Of a stretch of 64,000 bases of DNA, positions 24,859-38,430 are shown in pieces. The stretch lies in NCBI GenBank assembly GCA_043228905.1, contig JBHGNT010000004.1:1240001-1304000 (forward strand), in the 5' to 3' direction. Source of the DNA: Azolla caroliniana. Taxonomy: Eukaryota > Plantae > Polypodiophyta. The position numbers and the translations under genes are program-made. How positions within the stretch are numbered: position 1 is the stretch's first letter; each line of letters opens with the position of its first letter. Under the pieces are notes generated by a model. That model searched no databases. It was not told where the DNA came from and was given only the letters and a program-made list of their open reading frames with translations.

Positions 24859-26407
24859 TTACTTCCGCCAATTGGATTCAGAATTCCCTCCACCATAACC
24901 ACCACTTCGGTTTCCACCACCGTATCCTCCATTTCCACCCCCACCATATCCTCCATTTCCACCACCCCCACCCCCACCATATCCTCCATTTCCACCACCA
25001 TAACCACTACTACGGCCACCCTGGCTACCACCATAACCACGATCAGATCTCTCTTTGTTACCATAGCCCCCTCTGCTCCCACGGTCTTCATATCGTGAAC
25101 CACCATATCCTCCACCACCGCTGCCACCGTTACGATAACCGCCACCGCCACCGCCACCGCCGCCACCTCTGGTTTGTGCCTGATTTACAGTTATGTTCCT
25201 GCCATCGAGTTCTTTTCCGTTCATAGCCTCAATGGCATCGAGCATAGATTGCTCATCAGCAAACGTAACAAAGCCAAAGCCACGAGATCGGCCAGTTTCA
25301 CGATCATTGATAACCTAGAATTGAACACAATAACATAAAGAAGCATATTTTAGCGCTATATATGTGCACAATCCATAACCCTAAACTCCAAATGCATGTT
25401 AACAATCACGTGATATGGCACCACATCTTTCTGTAACAAACATCTTGCACCACTAGAAGTATGTGACTATACAAACTATGTGGATGTTGAAATATCTTTC
25501 TGAAATTTCAAACCCATGTACAACCATCTCCTTTCTTTTCTATGAGTATATCTCTCAGAATTCTTCAATCACAATATTAAAGATAAAAAGGAAGCACACT
25601 ATAATTTCATCTTATAGTGTGTGAATAGAGTAAAGAATACCATTTAAAGGAAGGGCATACACAAAGGGGCTATAATTCTCCCTCGATAATGTATGTAAAA
25701 AAGGAAGTTTAAAGAACAACAATCAAGGGATATATAAGTTTCCATATTAACACATACGAATATATATGGTTCCCATATGTGCATAGGTTTTCCCAAAGAT
25801 CGACAATGCTTAAACAATATCTTTAAAGTTGTTTCAAAAATATCCCAAAATATTTAAATTTTCAATATTTAAGGGGTCAAAATAAAGCTGTATAAGATTT
25901 CCAGTATACTGTATAACCTTCTTGTGCAATTTCACAAGGTTACTAGCACAGGTGATCTCCGTCAGTGAGGAGGAAAGAACTTTTACAATGCGTCGTCAAA
26001 TTTATCCTAAATCTACACAAAACTCAGAGAATTCCATCAATCTATCCTATATCTATACAGATCTGAGTGAATATTCTTAATTGATCACAAAATAAACACA
26101 GATCTGAGTGAATTCCATCATCAAATCATAGCAAATCTAGTCCTCAAAAGTACACAGATCAGAGAGATTCCACAGCAAAACCTGAGAATTCTCTAATGAA
26201 ATATATTCTAACCACGTACAAATCTGAGCAAGAAAACAGACATGAGCAAAATACAGATCGGAAACGGGGGAGGGGGGGCAGAGAGAGGTTAAGCACCTTG
26301 GATTCAATAACTTCACCGAAAGAACGAAACGCATCACCGAGGCCACGATCGTCGGTGGCCCAAGCGAGGCCACCTACAAAGCAACGATACTCAGCATCAG
26401 AGGCCAT
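24859..26407 (-). CDS. GRP7: Glycine-rich RNA-binding protein (RRM plus Gly-rich tail), GRP7/GRP8 type
   Basis: Exons 26407-26297 ([20 protein letters not shown]...ESK) and 25314-24859 ([18 protein letters not shown]...[21 protein letters not shown], then a GGGY-rich tail). The intron position is typical of the family. Orthology to GRP7 versus GRP8 cannot be resolved. Confidence 0.93.
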
Positions 26408-26896
26408 GGAAAGCAGCAGCAGGAGGAGGAGGAGGAGGAGGAGGAGGAGGGTTTTGGTGGAGACAAAACTTAGGGTTGAAGAGGAATCAGCAGCAGCAGC
26501 AGAGGAGGAGGGGAATTTGATGGTGAAAGGGGGGTGAATGTGTAAAGAGGGTGAATTTGGGTTTCAGAATATATAGAATGGAGTCTAGAATTGATGGATG
26601 GATGGATGGATGGATGGATGGGTCATGGAGAAGATCGTAATTATACATAGTATGTATGTATGTATGTATGTATGTATGTTGACAACAAGCAGCACCAAAG
26701 GACAAACAGAGGGAATATTCCCCTCCCATCTTTACACACATATGTACTCATAGCTTGAGTTGGAAGCTACCACATACACCACTATGTCTATGTCTTGGGT
26801 TCGAAACCTAATCTTCTCACTTCTCTATAATATTACTCCTCCATACATACATACTTTATCCTCTTAATTTTGCTAGATGCCCACTAATATAGAGCT

Positions 26897-26950
<54 letters not shown>

Positions 26951-27199
26951 TATCAGCTTACCCTAGAGGCTAGTTGTTTACACTATTAGCATTATTATGT
27001 CTTGGGTTCGAAACCTAATTTTCTCACCCTCTTTCTTACTCCATACATTTCTCTTAATTCACTAGATGCCATTGTGGAATGTAGGGGTCTCTCTCTCTCT
27101 CCTTGGTAAAAGCACACAATTATATTAATTGTATGCCAAAATCCATGTCTTACAACAATTCTTAGGGAGAGGGACGTCTTGTAACACCACTAGAAAACC

Positions 27200-27660
27200 T
27201 GAATATATGCACTTGAGGAAATTATCCCCACATGCTCTAACATCTACAAATTCCACGTAAGAATTCCTTTTAACTTCTTCATATAGGCTTTCACCCCATG
27301 TCTACCATCAAACATGAAAAGCATTACGCATATTCCAATTGTGTTGTAGTCCCCGATATTGTAAAAATTGGAACAGTATCTCCATCTCGCCACATGGATC
27401 ATTTTGAGCATACTGAGAAAAAAGCCATTGTTGAGGCCTCAAATAATGATGGGTTATAACGTGCCAAACTTCCGATAAGTACTTCCAAATGTTACATGTT
27501 ATAGGACATTTAATGAACCTATGTGTACTATCCTCCAACAAAATAGTGCAAAAGAAACAAGTTCCTGACCCTAGTCATCATCTCTTTAAGGCTCAACCTA
27601 ATGGGAGCCCACCAATCATACCTCTCCATATGAATACCTTTGCACGAAATGGTAAATGGA
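27200..27660 (-). mobile_element. L1-like LINE 3' fragment (zf-RVT region)
   Basis: KVFIWRGMIGGLPLG..CFFCTILLEDSTHRFIKCPITCNIW..WNMRNA. Homologous to 63080-63610. Confidence 0.7.
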
Positions 27661-28556
27661 AATGCCATGCCAACCACATTGGAATATGCGTAATGCTTTC
27701 ATGTTTGATGGTAGAAACCCTGATTCGAACACAGACATCACCCACATATTTTGTTCACATATACTGTTCTCACTTCACACTCAGCTTTCTGTACTCTTAG
27801 CACTTCCTTTAATTATTGGGTCAATTATTCATCACCTACTAACTAATCAGAGGATAGCAAAATGACTTGATATACTCACCCTTCCATACAAATAAAATAA
27901 GAGACTCTTTTCTTTGGTGGCAATGGGCAAATAGATTGGTCATCATCAAACATACGACAGAATTCAGCTGAATCTGATCAACGCAATACGACATTTGCAT
28001 GTAAGTTTAAAACACTTGACAGACATACAAGATAATTGAGAATTGCCAAAATGCCACTCTATAACTGCATTTACCCATATCTACAAGAATTCCACAGAGT
28101 GTTTTTGTAATTGCAAAAATGCCTGCCTCTCTTTTCTGGAAGCAAACCTCGTACTCATATCTTTCTCATCAGTTACGAACATGATGTATGGAACAAACTA
28201 ATTTACCTGAGCATAGTGTCATGAAATCGTAATTAATTTCCCCTTATCCTGTAGGTAACATTTGATTGCCTCCAATTAAGCAAAATATGCCCCCAGTAGT
28301 CAAGAATTAATCAAACAAAAAATAAATAATAATGCCTTTGAAATCCAAAACAGATATGAATAATCATCATACATACTTTGTAAAAAAGAAAAAGAAAAAG
28401 AAAATATTCGCAATGGGTCGAGCTACATTCCCTTGATTTCATCGTTGGCATAAAATTTTACAAAAAAATAAAAAAAATAAGAGGATCTAAATCACCATTG
28501 ACTGATTTGATTCGTGGTAGATCATCCCCATCTGGATAAAAGAAACTACCAGCCAC

Positions 28557-31500
28557 TTAGAGAATCTGATAAATGGGATTTGGAAGCTTGAATGTTCGGA
28601 CACTGGAATCGCAACCAATAATATCGTTCCATTGATCACCCAGTACAGCAAGGATTTTATATCCTTGCTTTTGAATTTCACGCCGTTTTCCGTCTTTGTA
28701 CGATTGAACACTCAATCCAGTGTCTTCATTCGATCTATATATTATGCAACAACAAAGATCCAAATAACATCACAATGACCAATTATGTTGAATCCAAATA
28801 ATATATATTTATGAAACACATCATTAATCCCAAAAACCCTTTCAAAGACTTCCCTACACTACAGATTAATATCATTAAGAAACAAAAAAATGCTAGCATG
28901 TTTTATATTCTGGTCTTCTAAAATTCAAAATCATTATGAAAGGTATTTACTAAATCTCTTCAATTCTAGCCTTGCATAGACCTAAAATTTGAATATAATT
29001 GAAAGAAAAAATGGATTAAAAACAGGAAGCTCCACTTTCCACTGGAGATGAGAGAAATTTGATTGGTTACTGTGCTTAAAATCTCATTAATATTAATTAA
29101 AATCCAAGTATTTTAAAAGGTTTAATAGAAAGGACATGCTGTGGAAATTTATTAAAACATGAAGAAAGGTGTGAGAAGATGATTCTTTAAATAACGTTTT
29201 GAAGTTTTAATATAGCTCTATCACACAATGTAATGGGACTGTGGCTATTATAATATCTTATAATTACTTCAGGTTTCACCAACCTAAGTGTTTACATGAA
29301 GCTGAAAAATTTAACAATGCCAAGCTGGCTCTGAAGAATCCCTTCCCGGAACGTACAAAAGAATCTGACAAAACAGTACATACCTCAAAATCAACGATGT
29401 CCAACCTTCATAGCCAGCTTCCATTAAATTTCTCTTGGTTAAGTCGAATGTGCTCTCAGGCCTCTCTGAAATAAAGAAAACACTCCAATTTGCGGCACGA
29501 ACTTCACGGTATAGATTTAGCACGTGGACATTTGGCAAAGTGTTGCTTTTGTTCATGGAGATAGCCCACATGTAATTATCAAGGCTAATGGATCTGTTGA
29601 ATACAAGAAAACTCTTGTATCTTTGTCTCTCTCATCTCTCTCCATAATCTCCTACACTCTCGTCATTTTTAAATTGAGGCCAGTATCACTCAGCAACTAT
29701 TGCCAATGTCTAGGTTTGTTGTTTCATAAGTTGTCATCGGGTAGTTCTACCCATTTCGATTCCTTCATTGTATTCATAGCTGATACAAACATTTTTCTAG
29801 TTGTAACCTCATTTTAGATCTCATAGGCTATTTTGATGATCCACATTTTTCATTTCTTTCTCTCTCGAATGTAGAGATACCACTATTTACAAAGAGCAAC
29901 TAGAAGGATACAGTCTCATTACTAGAAAACAAAAGATAGAACAAAATGTAAAATAAATATGGACAAAAGCAAAGGACATACTCTATCGCAGGGTTCCCAT
30001 GGTAATGTGAATGCAATAGAGCTGTTTCATCAATATCAAATATGATAGCATAATGTGGTTCGTGATCCACCTTCAAATTCATCAAATAGCTTCGTGCTGA
30101 AGCTACAGCCACTTCAACATCCTTGGAATACTGGCCCCGATGAATATAATTTGAGATATGGCTTTCGCAAGCCAAAGGAATCTCCCATCTTTGCAAATTG
30201 TTTAGCTCGAGGTTTAAATGGTAGCTGGAACACATACTGGGCAACACTTGTGATCCCAAACTAACCGTGGGATTTCCGCAAGAAGATAGCATCACGGCAA
30301 GTGTGATGATTACTGCAACCAGAATGATGCCCACGACTGCAATAGCTGAGGTGATAATAGTTATAGCCAATGAAGATATAAATATGCCTGATCCATCTGT
30401 AATACTGAACCTGCTTCCAAATAAGCTTCCATATTGACTTTCATAACCTGCATATTCCATAGTACATTTTGCTTTTCATGTTTTAGTTAACAATACAAGC
30501 GAAAGCTTTAGTTGACAATGCACATAACCCATAAACCCCAGTTCACAATGCAAGTATCAAATCAAAACACTTAGGTATAGATACTTTCCATTCTCCGCCT
30601 TTGTTACTTACTAAACTAAAGCCCTCCCACTCAAGTCTTTTCAAAAACATCAATGAATCATTCCAATTTCCCTTTACATGATATAAACGAATTCTACGCC
30701 ATCATGCAAACCCTAATTCATTGGGAATGCTATTTTGGGGAGTTTTGAAATCTCAAGGGATGTAAACACATAAACGAGCCCTGATTCACCATACACCAAG
30801 GGGAGCTAATCCTGATGATTAAATACATTACACATTGCAACAAGTGGTTCCACTAGCCTTAGTTATACACTATAAAGAAGAACAAAAGTAACCTTTCAAC
30901 AATCTAGGAGATGAGTGACTCATATAGCCTTTCCCTAAAGCACAAAAACCAAGCCATGCAAACACTCAATAAATTCAAATCATCCCTTACTCCCATTATT
31001 CGAGAATGTACTTTCAAAAATCACTGTATGTAAAACTAACCTGAAAATACATAACACATTGCAAGGAAGAACAAGTGGTTAAGTTTTAGCAAATATGACA
31101 TGAGCAGTTCAAACCTTGTCATCACTCGCCATTTGGACAGTCCAGATTCTAATATACTGAAGAACTACAGCAATTTTTGACATTGCGTAGTCAAGAGCAT
31201 AATGAGGGATTCAGATTGTCTTTTTCAAAACGAAAACGCACAAATCCTAACCCAATGGGCCTCCAGCCTAATAATAAACATAACCCTAATCGTTAACCAG
31301 AATAGCTTAAATCCTATCCCTATAATCTTATACCTAAACCGTAATTCCAAAAGTCCCTAAACCCTAACCAAATACATTCTAAACCAAAACTCTAAGCAAA
31401 TATACAAAAAAGAAGTCAAAACCCTAAACCGGATACACCCAAACCTCTAGAAAAAAGGAAGAAGCACAGACACAAAAGAGATCGAGAGACATAACACAGG

Positions 31501-31640
31501 GGAAGCGAGAGGGGCTGACCAGAGCCATTGCGGCTGAGGAGGCTCTGCTGCGAGTCGTTCTGATCGAATCTGAAAGAAGGGTTGGAAGGGAGGGGGGGGA
31601 CGTCAGACTCGGGGTCCTGCTTTTCGTCGGAAGAAGCCAT
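28557..31640 (-). CDS. HAD superfamily class IIIB (plant class B) acid phosphatase with N-terminal membrane anchor, AT2G39920-like
   Basis: Phase-consistent exons 31640-31520, 30447-29982, 29593-29384 and 28734-28557. Motifs: hydrophobic SSLAITII..LAVMLSSC, IFDIDETAL (DxDxT), FISERPE, GDQWND, TFKLPNPIY. Confidence 0.9.
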
Positions 31641-32019
31641 GTCCACACGATCAGGATGAAGATGAAGATGAAGATCACGATCAAGATGAAGATGAAGATG
31701 AAGATTAAAATGAAGATCAAGAACAAGATCTCTGTCTCAGTCTTCCTTTCTCCTCTCGTCTCCTCTCTGCGCTGTGTTGTGCTCCTCTGATTCATATGCA
31801 CATCTATGCAACCAGAAAAAAAAAAATTAAAATAAAATTAAAAAAGGCTTAAATTATTTATTTCTATTCTATTTTCTTTTCTTTTCTTTGCCAATTAATT
31901 TGCCCAATTTCTTTGGAATCTTTTGCTTTTCTCTTGCCTGCTTTTCCTCCTCCTGCTTTTTTTGTGCGTTTGTGTTTAGGAGCTGCATTTTTGTGTCTAT
32001 GTAAAAATATGTGTTCGGC

Positions 32020-32465
32020 TCAAGCCTGAACCAAACCGCTAGCTTCTTCTTTTTTAAACACGGTTTATCGGTTCGGTTTAGGTTTGAGCTTCCTTAATCG
32101 GTTTGAGCTCGGTTTAGGATGGCTTGAGCCCAAACCAAACCAATTTGGGCCAAACTAGTTAAGCCTAAATCAAGTTGATTAAGCCTTAACTGGTTTGGCC
32201 CAATTTGGTTCGGTTTGGGCTCGAGCCATCCAAACTGGTTTAGGTTTGAGCTTCGTTAATCGGTTTGAGCTCGGTTTGGGATGGCTCGAGCCCAAACCGA
32301 ACCAATTTGGGCCAAACTAGTTAAGGCTTAATCAACTTGGTTTAGGCTTAACTGGTTGAGGAACCCGGTTCGGTTCAAGTTTGCGAACTCCCAAACCAAT
32401 TAAGGCTTAACCAGTTTGGTTTGAACCAAGCCAAACCGACTTAGCCAAAACTGAACTATTGTCGG
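32020..32465. repeat. Nested inverted/direct repeat block rich in AAACC(G)/CGGTT motifs (MITE or DNA-transposon end-like)
   Basis: 32117-32231 is a hairpin with ~47-bp arms, 32153-32236 is inverted relative to 32274-32357, and 32075-32163 is directly repeated at 32237-32325. Confidence 0.8.
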
Positions 32466-34049
32466 TTCCTACCCAAGAGGGCTTCTTTAGTCCGCCCGTC
32501 CATTTCTTCTAACTGCCTTATGTTTCGGTTTCAAAATGTAGGAGAATCTATAGGCATTTGTAGATTGACTTGAAGAAATAAGAAAGCATTTTTGCCGTTT
32601 TGAAACTCTTTTCAAGTGGACTTAGGGGTGTTCGCTAATAGCACCCCATAAGAAAATGTCAATGTTACCAATGTGTCAAAGAAGTATTTCTTGACAACCC
32701 AACATTTAATTTCTTCACTATTGCATATGCTCTTTAATGCATAGTAAATCCCTCTTTCTTACTTACAAGTTGTGGCTAGCACATTCATCCCATCTATAAA
32801 TAACTATAGGAGACAGACATTAAACCCATGATATTTTAAGCTTTCTATAGGTTTTATGGGTCATTTTTGTACACAATTATCCTTGTTTTGAGTCGTTTGA
32901 AGTTGAACCATAACTTTTGTTTTGGTGTTGTTGACACACAACTTACTATGTATACATAATTATTTTAGTACACTCGTATGCTTTTGGACAACATCTAAAG
33001 TATTTGCAAGAAACAACACACATTTGCATAACAGAAGCATAATGACTACATTTCTGATGATAACTTCTTCAATGCCTTCTTGCTTTGCATCAATGCATAA
33101 ACGTCATCTTTCTTTGATGATACTTCAGAGATGTTTTTCGGGCTCCCTTCTCATACAGTAAGTGACATAAAGCCTACGCACCAGTTCTTGCTTCGCCAAC
33201 AAACAACGATGTGAAACGGTTTGGTTTCGTCACCAAACCATTCTTTTCTATATTGCAAACAAATTTGCCACGGTTAGCTTATTGGTTCATCTCAAGATAG
33301 TTTTGTTAGATACAAAACCACACTTAACTTTATCTAGGAAAGAATCGACTCGCATCTTGATTCTTAGGAGTTATCACATTAAGTTCCCTATATAGACACG
33401 CGAAAATGTGTTTTTAAACAATGAGAATTAGTGTGTATAAGGGTGGAAAACTAGGTGGTTTTTCTTTTGTATTTCTTTGAAGTGCAAGGGATGTGTTCAA
33501 TAAGCATGTCTACATAGAGGTTGACTTTGAAATATTAAATTAAATGTTTGATATTCATGATGTGTCATTGGTAGTGTTGAAGTTGGTATGCAAGTTGTTC
33601 ACTAATGTTCAAATAGTTGCTCAAGTTCAATTGAAAATTTAGATACAAATGTAGTTTTTTTGTTCCACAAATTTGGTTTAAGTTTATTAGGGAGAACGAT
33701 GGACACGTGATTAAAATTTTAAGAAAGGTCATTCAGGACAAATACATTACACACTAAAATAGATCATCTTCTCATCCACTTGTTATTTGATCCTCTCCTC
33801 AAATAAATATGATTTATGTATCGTTCCAAAGTAGGAAATGCAAAGGTTTGGTTCACCCATTAAGTTAGTCTCATTTATTTACTACCAAAATGCCATGGTT
33901 AATATTCATGGTTAGTCCAAAATGAAATTGATTAAGTATGCAAAAACATCAACATCCCACTCACTAGACCCTAAATTTGTAGACTATGATTAAAAAAGTC
34001 CATATTATTTCAACATTCCAATCACTTACTACCTTTAGCTAAAGCTCTA

Positions 34050-35050
34050 TTGCATTTGTCCTTTTAGGCACAATTAGCACATCATGCTTCTCACCTTTCG
34101 AGTGGGTTTTACCTCCAAATGCTGAAGGTTTAATCTTCTCGTTGTATAAGGTGGTGTGGGATTACGTTGGGCATTACTAGTGTCTAAGATACAATCAATG
34201 TATGAGAATGTGTTTGAGTTTCATGGTGTCCAAGGAGTACCACAACATGTGTGTAAGCTAGAAAAAATAACTTGGGAGTTTCTCTAGCTAAGCTCTATTG
34301 GCAACTTGGCCCATGTTGGTTAGTCTTACTACTCTTTAGATGGTTTACCTTACCATAGGACCAACAAGGTTATTTGTGTTGTCACATTGTCTTGGTATAT
34401 ATAGAATACTTTTACAAATAAAGAAAAGAAATAGATAGACTACGATATCATCTTTAGAGGCTATATATGGCCTATGGGACAAATTTGAAGATTTACACAT
34501 TATGTGTGTGGGAGTCGGGACTAAGTCAAACTCTAGCATATATGTGCAAGGGTGGCTTGCTCGTTTGAGGAAGAAAATGGTTTTGTGTTTTTTTGCAATG
34601 TGTAAAAAGTGTGTTTCTAGAAATTTCCTAAGTTGTGATATAATGGCATTGTGGAAAAACTCCTCAATTACCAAGGAACTATTAAACCTTCGAGAATATG
34701 CATCCTCCTCTAAGCGGTGAATAACACATTTGATCCATCTATGACTTAGAGGTCAAGGCACAATTTATTAGTTTGAGATCACAACCGCTAATACTTTTGC
34801 AAGCTTTACAACATTGACACATTCCATTTTTTATATCTGCAACCTATGTGTATTCTATTGTAATGAAACATAGTATCGTCAATATCTTGTTTTCCAATCA
34901 AGGGGTTTTAAGCAAACCAATGCTTATTTTGGCTATTTTATATCAAGAGTTGTTGCTAATGCAAAATAGTCAATTGAAAAATGGCAAGATCTTATGGAAC
35001 ATTTCATATATTAATTCATGAGCGTAGTGAAAGTTGCAACTTGATCACAT
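34050..35050 (+). mobile_element. Possible highly degraded copia RT/RNase H remnant
   Basis: Only weak traces, such as HVCKLEK (cf. VCKLKKSLYGL). No ORF. Confidence 0.25.
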
Positions 35051-35656
35051 TAGGGCCCTCTACATGTGACCAACTACAAAAGAAAGATATTCAATGGTAT
35101 ATTAAGGGGAGCTCCTCTTCGTATCAATTAGATATTTGAATAACTTCTATGAACACAAAAGTCCATACCTGTGATGCCTAGAGAAACAAAACTCCAAAAC
35201 TTGAACCCACAACTGGAAGGTAAAATTAGACCATCATGTGAAGAAGGATGTTTACATCATTTATCTTGTGGATTCTAGGAATAATCCTATTGTTCATTCA
35301 AAATGGTTTCCCTTTATCTTATGCTCAAGTTTAACATTTAGTGACTTAAAAAACCAAATGTGATGTTTGATATTGCATTGTTCATGTGAAATAGGAATTT
35401 CTTCTATCAAAATAACTTCTCAATCTATTCGGTTCTATCAAACCCTCATAAAGTGATATACAAAATTGCCCTTTGAAGGGAAATACTCCATCTTCACCTT
35501 CTTATCTCAACCAATATCTCATATGAATTGGTACGAGATTTCAAATGTGCTTGGTTTGTGATGGGCAGCATAATCTTTGTGATATATCAAAAGTTAATGA
35601 TCCACCTTCAGTTCTCTCATATTTATGACTTTGGTACTACAATAAATTAGACAGGA

Positions 35657-35658
<2 letters not shown>

Positions 35659-35724
<66 letters not shown>
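35659..35724. repeat. (GA)n microsatellite
   Basis: About 33 GA units. Confidence 0.97.
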
Positions 35725-35727
<3 letters not shown>

Positions 35728-37399
35728 AACTAGAGTTGAGACGTGTACACAAATTGGTTTGAGATCATGAGGTCATTGATTCCATACACTGATGTGGCAT
35801 GAACCAATATGTGTGAAAATAAGAATTTGAACATTTAACCATGACCTTAACATTTAGGCAACTACTAAAGTAAACCCACCAAGAATTAGAGAGACGATGA
35901 GTGAATAAGTGACTCATCATGTGAATCTCAATCTATCATGACAATTAATCAAAAAGTATATCCAACATTAGTTTAGTGTCCTGTTCATGTTGCTTGTCCT
36001 CATACTATAGAAGTGTGAGAGGACAAATTCACAAGTGGAAACCAAAGAGGGACAGGAAAATATGTGCAAGTGTTTATGATTGGGCCTTCACGAGTTTAAA
36101 TCTAAGTTTTCTACATTTGACATATGGTCAACTTGTATTCTTTTGATATAACATGGTGATGATACCCTTGAAAACATAGGTTTCCACTAGGCTTGTTTTC
36201 TTGTTGCAATTGGCCATTCACGAGTTTGAATCACAGTTTGATACACTTTGAGATGTGGTTGCCTTGTATTCTTTTGAAACGTAGCTTTGGTATTATAAAA
36301 TCATAAGAAATACAAAAGTGGTATTCGATAAAATCATAAGAAATGTAGCTTCCATTATGTGTATGTATATTGGATAACACCACTCCCATGAATAATACAA
36401 TGTTTCTTACCTCACTTTGTTGAGGTCCCACTCCATGATCTTGTTTTACTTGCACCCAATTAGATTAACACCGTAGACATTTCCCACCTTACCTTGTGAT
36501 CCTCACCAAGAAGTAGAGTCAAAGTCCAAGTACATCATAAGAAGTCTCAATCGTTGAGTTGATGGGCAAATTATGACGTGCTTTAATAGTCATGAGTCGT
36601 GACACATCAGATCAAGTTCATATTATTGTTGTAATCATATGTGGTACAAAGTCATTCCAAGACATGAATTATATAGGAATAAAGTGTAATTGCAAGTAAT
36701 CATTCAAAAAAGAACAAAAACTAAAGAAGACAATTGAAGGTTTTGTACAACATAGTATATTGTATGGGATCAACATTATTCTAGGAATAAGTAATGAGAG
36801 TGGTGGGTAATTAGAATTTGAAAAATGGAAAAAGGATAGAAAAGATGAAATCCTTTAGCATCATCGAATAAAGGGCTTTGAAAATTTTGGAGTAGCCAAG
36901 AGTAATGGGGTAAAATCCTACAAAATTGACTTCGTGAACATTATTGAGCAATTGATTGTTGCATCATTTTTCATTTTCCTATCTTACAACATAGCGAATA
37001 AGTAAGAATATCAACATGAAATAAGGCAATTTGTGCCCTTTGTAAAAAAGCATAAGTTAATTATTTATTGCTTTTCTTAAAAGATAATTGAAGTAGGTTT
37101 ACATTGAGTATTCCCATCTAAAGGAATATAGACGGACATAACCTAATCCACAACCCTTACAATGGTAAAAAAAACAAAAATGATTAGATTGATGAAACAA
37201 AATAAATTTCTTTTATTATTGTTGTTATTATTATTTAGACAAATAAGTGGATAGGTTTCTTTACTCTGTTGGATGTTTTGATTGGACGTCTTATGACTTT
37301 TGACATACATAATGATGGTCGGTTATTACACAAACGCATGTATTTCTAACTCGAGATTCTCAGGAGTAGAAAAAATAGGTTGTTGCATTAAAATGCATA

Positions 37400-37780
37400 T
37401 GTTCTAATGGAAAACACCATCGTGATCTTGCTGTAGCATTCTTCCTTCTTGATGGTGATTTAAGATCAGATTAGTTGACATGGTAGAATTCATGCATTTA
37501 ACATCTAATACAAGATTACTTTTGTTGGATAATAAGGGCAAGATTGAAGCTGAACTAGAGATGATAGTTCTCCTACACATCTTAAGCATTTGTTTCCATG
37601 TTGAAAGTTTGTGGAAGCATGCAAGTTGTAGATAGAAATACATGTTGTCATTGCAAGAGAGGGAATATTAGAAAAGGATCTAGTTATCGGCACTTATTTA
37701 CTGGATATGATATGCTGAGCATGGAAATGGAGATGAAGCTCTCAAGCTTTATGAGAGAATGCAACTTGAGGGTGTGCGAA
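37400..37780 (+). pseudogene. Fragmented PLS-PPR pseudogene
   Basis: Frameshifted pieces FVSMLKVCGSM, IHVVIAREGILEKDLVIGTYLLDM and YAEHGNGDEALKLYERMQLEGV are PPR L/S/P motif fragments. Confidence 0.7.
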
Positions 37781-37949
37781 AAGTAATTATCTTTACCTAG
37801 AAAGATTGGACTATTGGACTGTTTTTATATATTGCCTCTGGCCACTTTAATTTTAATACCAATGGAGGATATTTTTTCAAAAAAGAAAAAGAGTTGTTTT
37901 CTTGTTATTTACAAAGGTGGTTGCAAAATGATGGATTGAACTCATGGTT

Positions 37950-38430
37950 CTTATATGTGAATCCACAAAAGGTTGATCATTTATGGAGGTTTTGGAATAT
38001 GGAAGGAGATTGGAACTTGGGATCCTCAAAAAACTTTATTGGGAAGCGCCAGTTTAGGACCAAATAACATGTGTCTTTTTTCAATATTTTGTGAAGATTG
38101 GAAGGAAAATATGTGATAGTTTGAGGAAGGAACTTGTTGTGAATGTTTTATGGAGGAGGAATGAAAATTCTCCACAACATTCAAGCAATTCTAAAAATGG
38201 TGGTGCGAATGCAGACAACAAAGTGTCATTTTTGTATGCATCCAATGGAGACTACTAATCAGTGTTTGTGGAGTTGTGATTTTGCAATGGAAAATTTGAA
38301 GAGAATTTGAAGAAGATTAACATTAGTATATTATCAAGTAGTGTATGCATGGGGGTTAAGGGCAACCAATGTTGTATCATGAGGATGTTGTAGATGCTAT
38401 TTCTTTTCGACATGGTTGGATGTAAAAAGC
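37950..38430 (+). mobile_element. Degenerate L1-like LINE 3' fragment
   Basis: KCHFCMHPMETTNQCLWSCDFA resembles the LINE C-terminal zinc knuckle. Confidence 0.5.

Noticed and set aside
25490-25497. AAATATCT in the GRP intron as an evening element
   Set aside because: An 8-mer in very AT-rich intron sequence is expected by chance, and it is not in the promoter.
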